A stretch of 61,184 nucleotides of DNA, filler included, from a bacterium (GTDB taxonomy: Bacteria; UBP15; UBA6099; JAJRTR01), in the NCBI GenBank assembly GCA_024278215.1. It is 3 parts of 3 records of this genome, joined end to end, with 100 filler letters (N's around TTAATTAATTAA, not from the genome) between each part and the next. Parts side by side here need not be neighbours in the genome. Positions count along the whole stretch, not along the records: positions 54,342 to 61,184 come from JAJRTR010000028.1; 2 more parts are not named here. The stretch is one strand, 5' to 3'. The notes beneath the pieces are model-generated. The model ran no database searches. It was not told the origin of the DNA and saw only the letters and a program-made list of their open reading frames with translations. The translations under genes were made by a program, and so were the position numbers. This document shows, piece after piece, positions 61,051-61,184 of this stretch. Within the stretch, counting starts at the first letter, position 1, and every line of letters starts with the position of its first letter.

Positions 61051-61184
61051 GAGCCAATTGCAAAATTATGTTCGTAGCGAGGTCGAGCGAAATTGTTCCG
61101 AAGCAAGGCGGAGATGCGAAATCCCCGCAGGCGTACTTGTAGAGTACGTCGAGGACGATTTTACACCGACAACGCAGCTATGGA
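61051..61184 (+). mobile_element. family A element truncated by the window end
   Basis: GAGCCAATTGCAAAATTATGTTCGTAGCGAGGTCGAGCG...CAACGCAGCTATGGA. Confidence 0.9.

Noticed and set aside
1-61184. Genome-wide TAG reassignment
   Set aside because: Several conserved genes (isochorismatase, dcd, SLC13, S41) end at TAG at the expected length.
22497-61184. Family A repeats as CRISPR repeats or integron attC sites
   Set aside because: Dispersed, in mixed orientation and with target duplications; no regular spacers, cas genes, GTTRRRY ends or integrase.

Overview
Bacterial scaffold made of three contigs joined by N-gaps carrying an artificial TTAATTAATTAA spacer (24940-25039, 54242-54341), so adjacency across the gaps is not guaranteed. 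Bases 1-13948 hold a near-complete Wood-Ljungdahl cluster: fhs (partial), cooC, cooS/acsA, acsB, acsC, acsE, acsV, a second cooC/acsF, an unknown 73-aa ORF, acsD and folD. No metF is present in the window. The rest is mixed metabolic and housekeeping genes (MoxR ATPase, leuA, dapB, HAMP-PP2C, VWA, mobA-mobB-moeA, DEAD-box helicase, radical SAMs, dcd, nitrilase, GH84, tRNA-Arg(CCG), SLC13, partial dnaE, hbd, S41 protease) plus IS1634-type pieces. The strongest unannotated signal is a set of ~170-180 bp non-coding elements with terminal inverted repeats and 4-5 bp target duplications, each folding into one long rod-like hairpin. Family A has 7 long copies plus solo ends; family B has different ends but shares the core motifs CTGCGTTG and CGCCTTG. 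One membrane/NTF2-like gene is split by a single in-frame TAG. All protein calls come from motif recognition by eye; no database searches were run.
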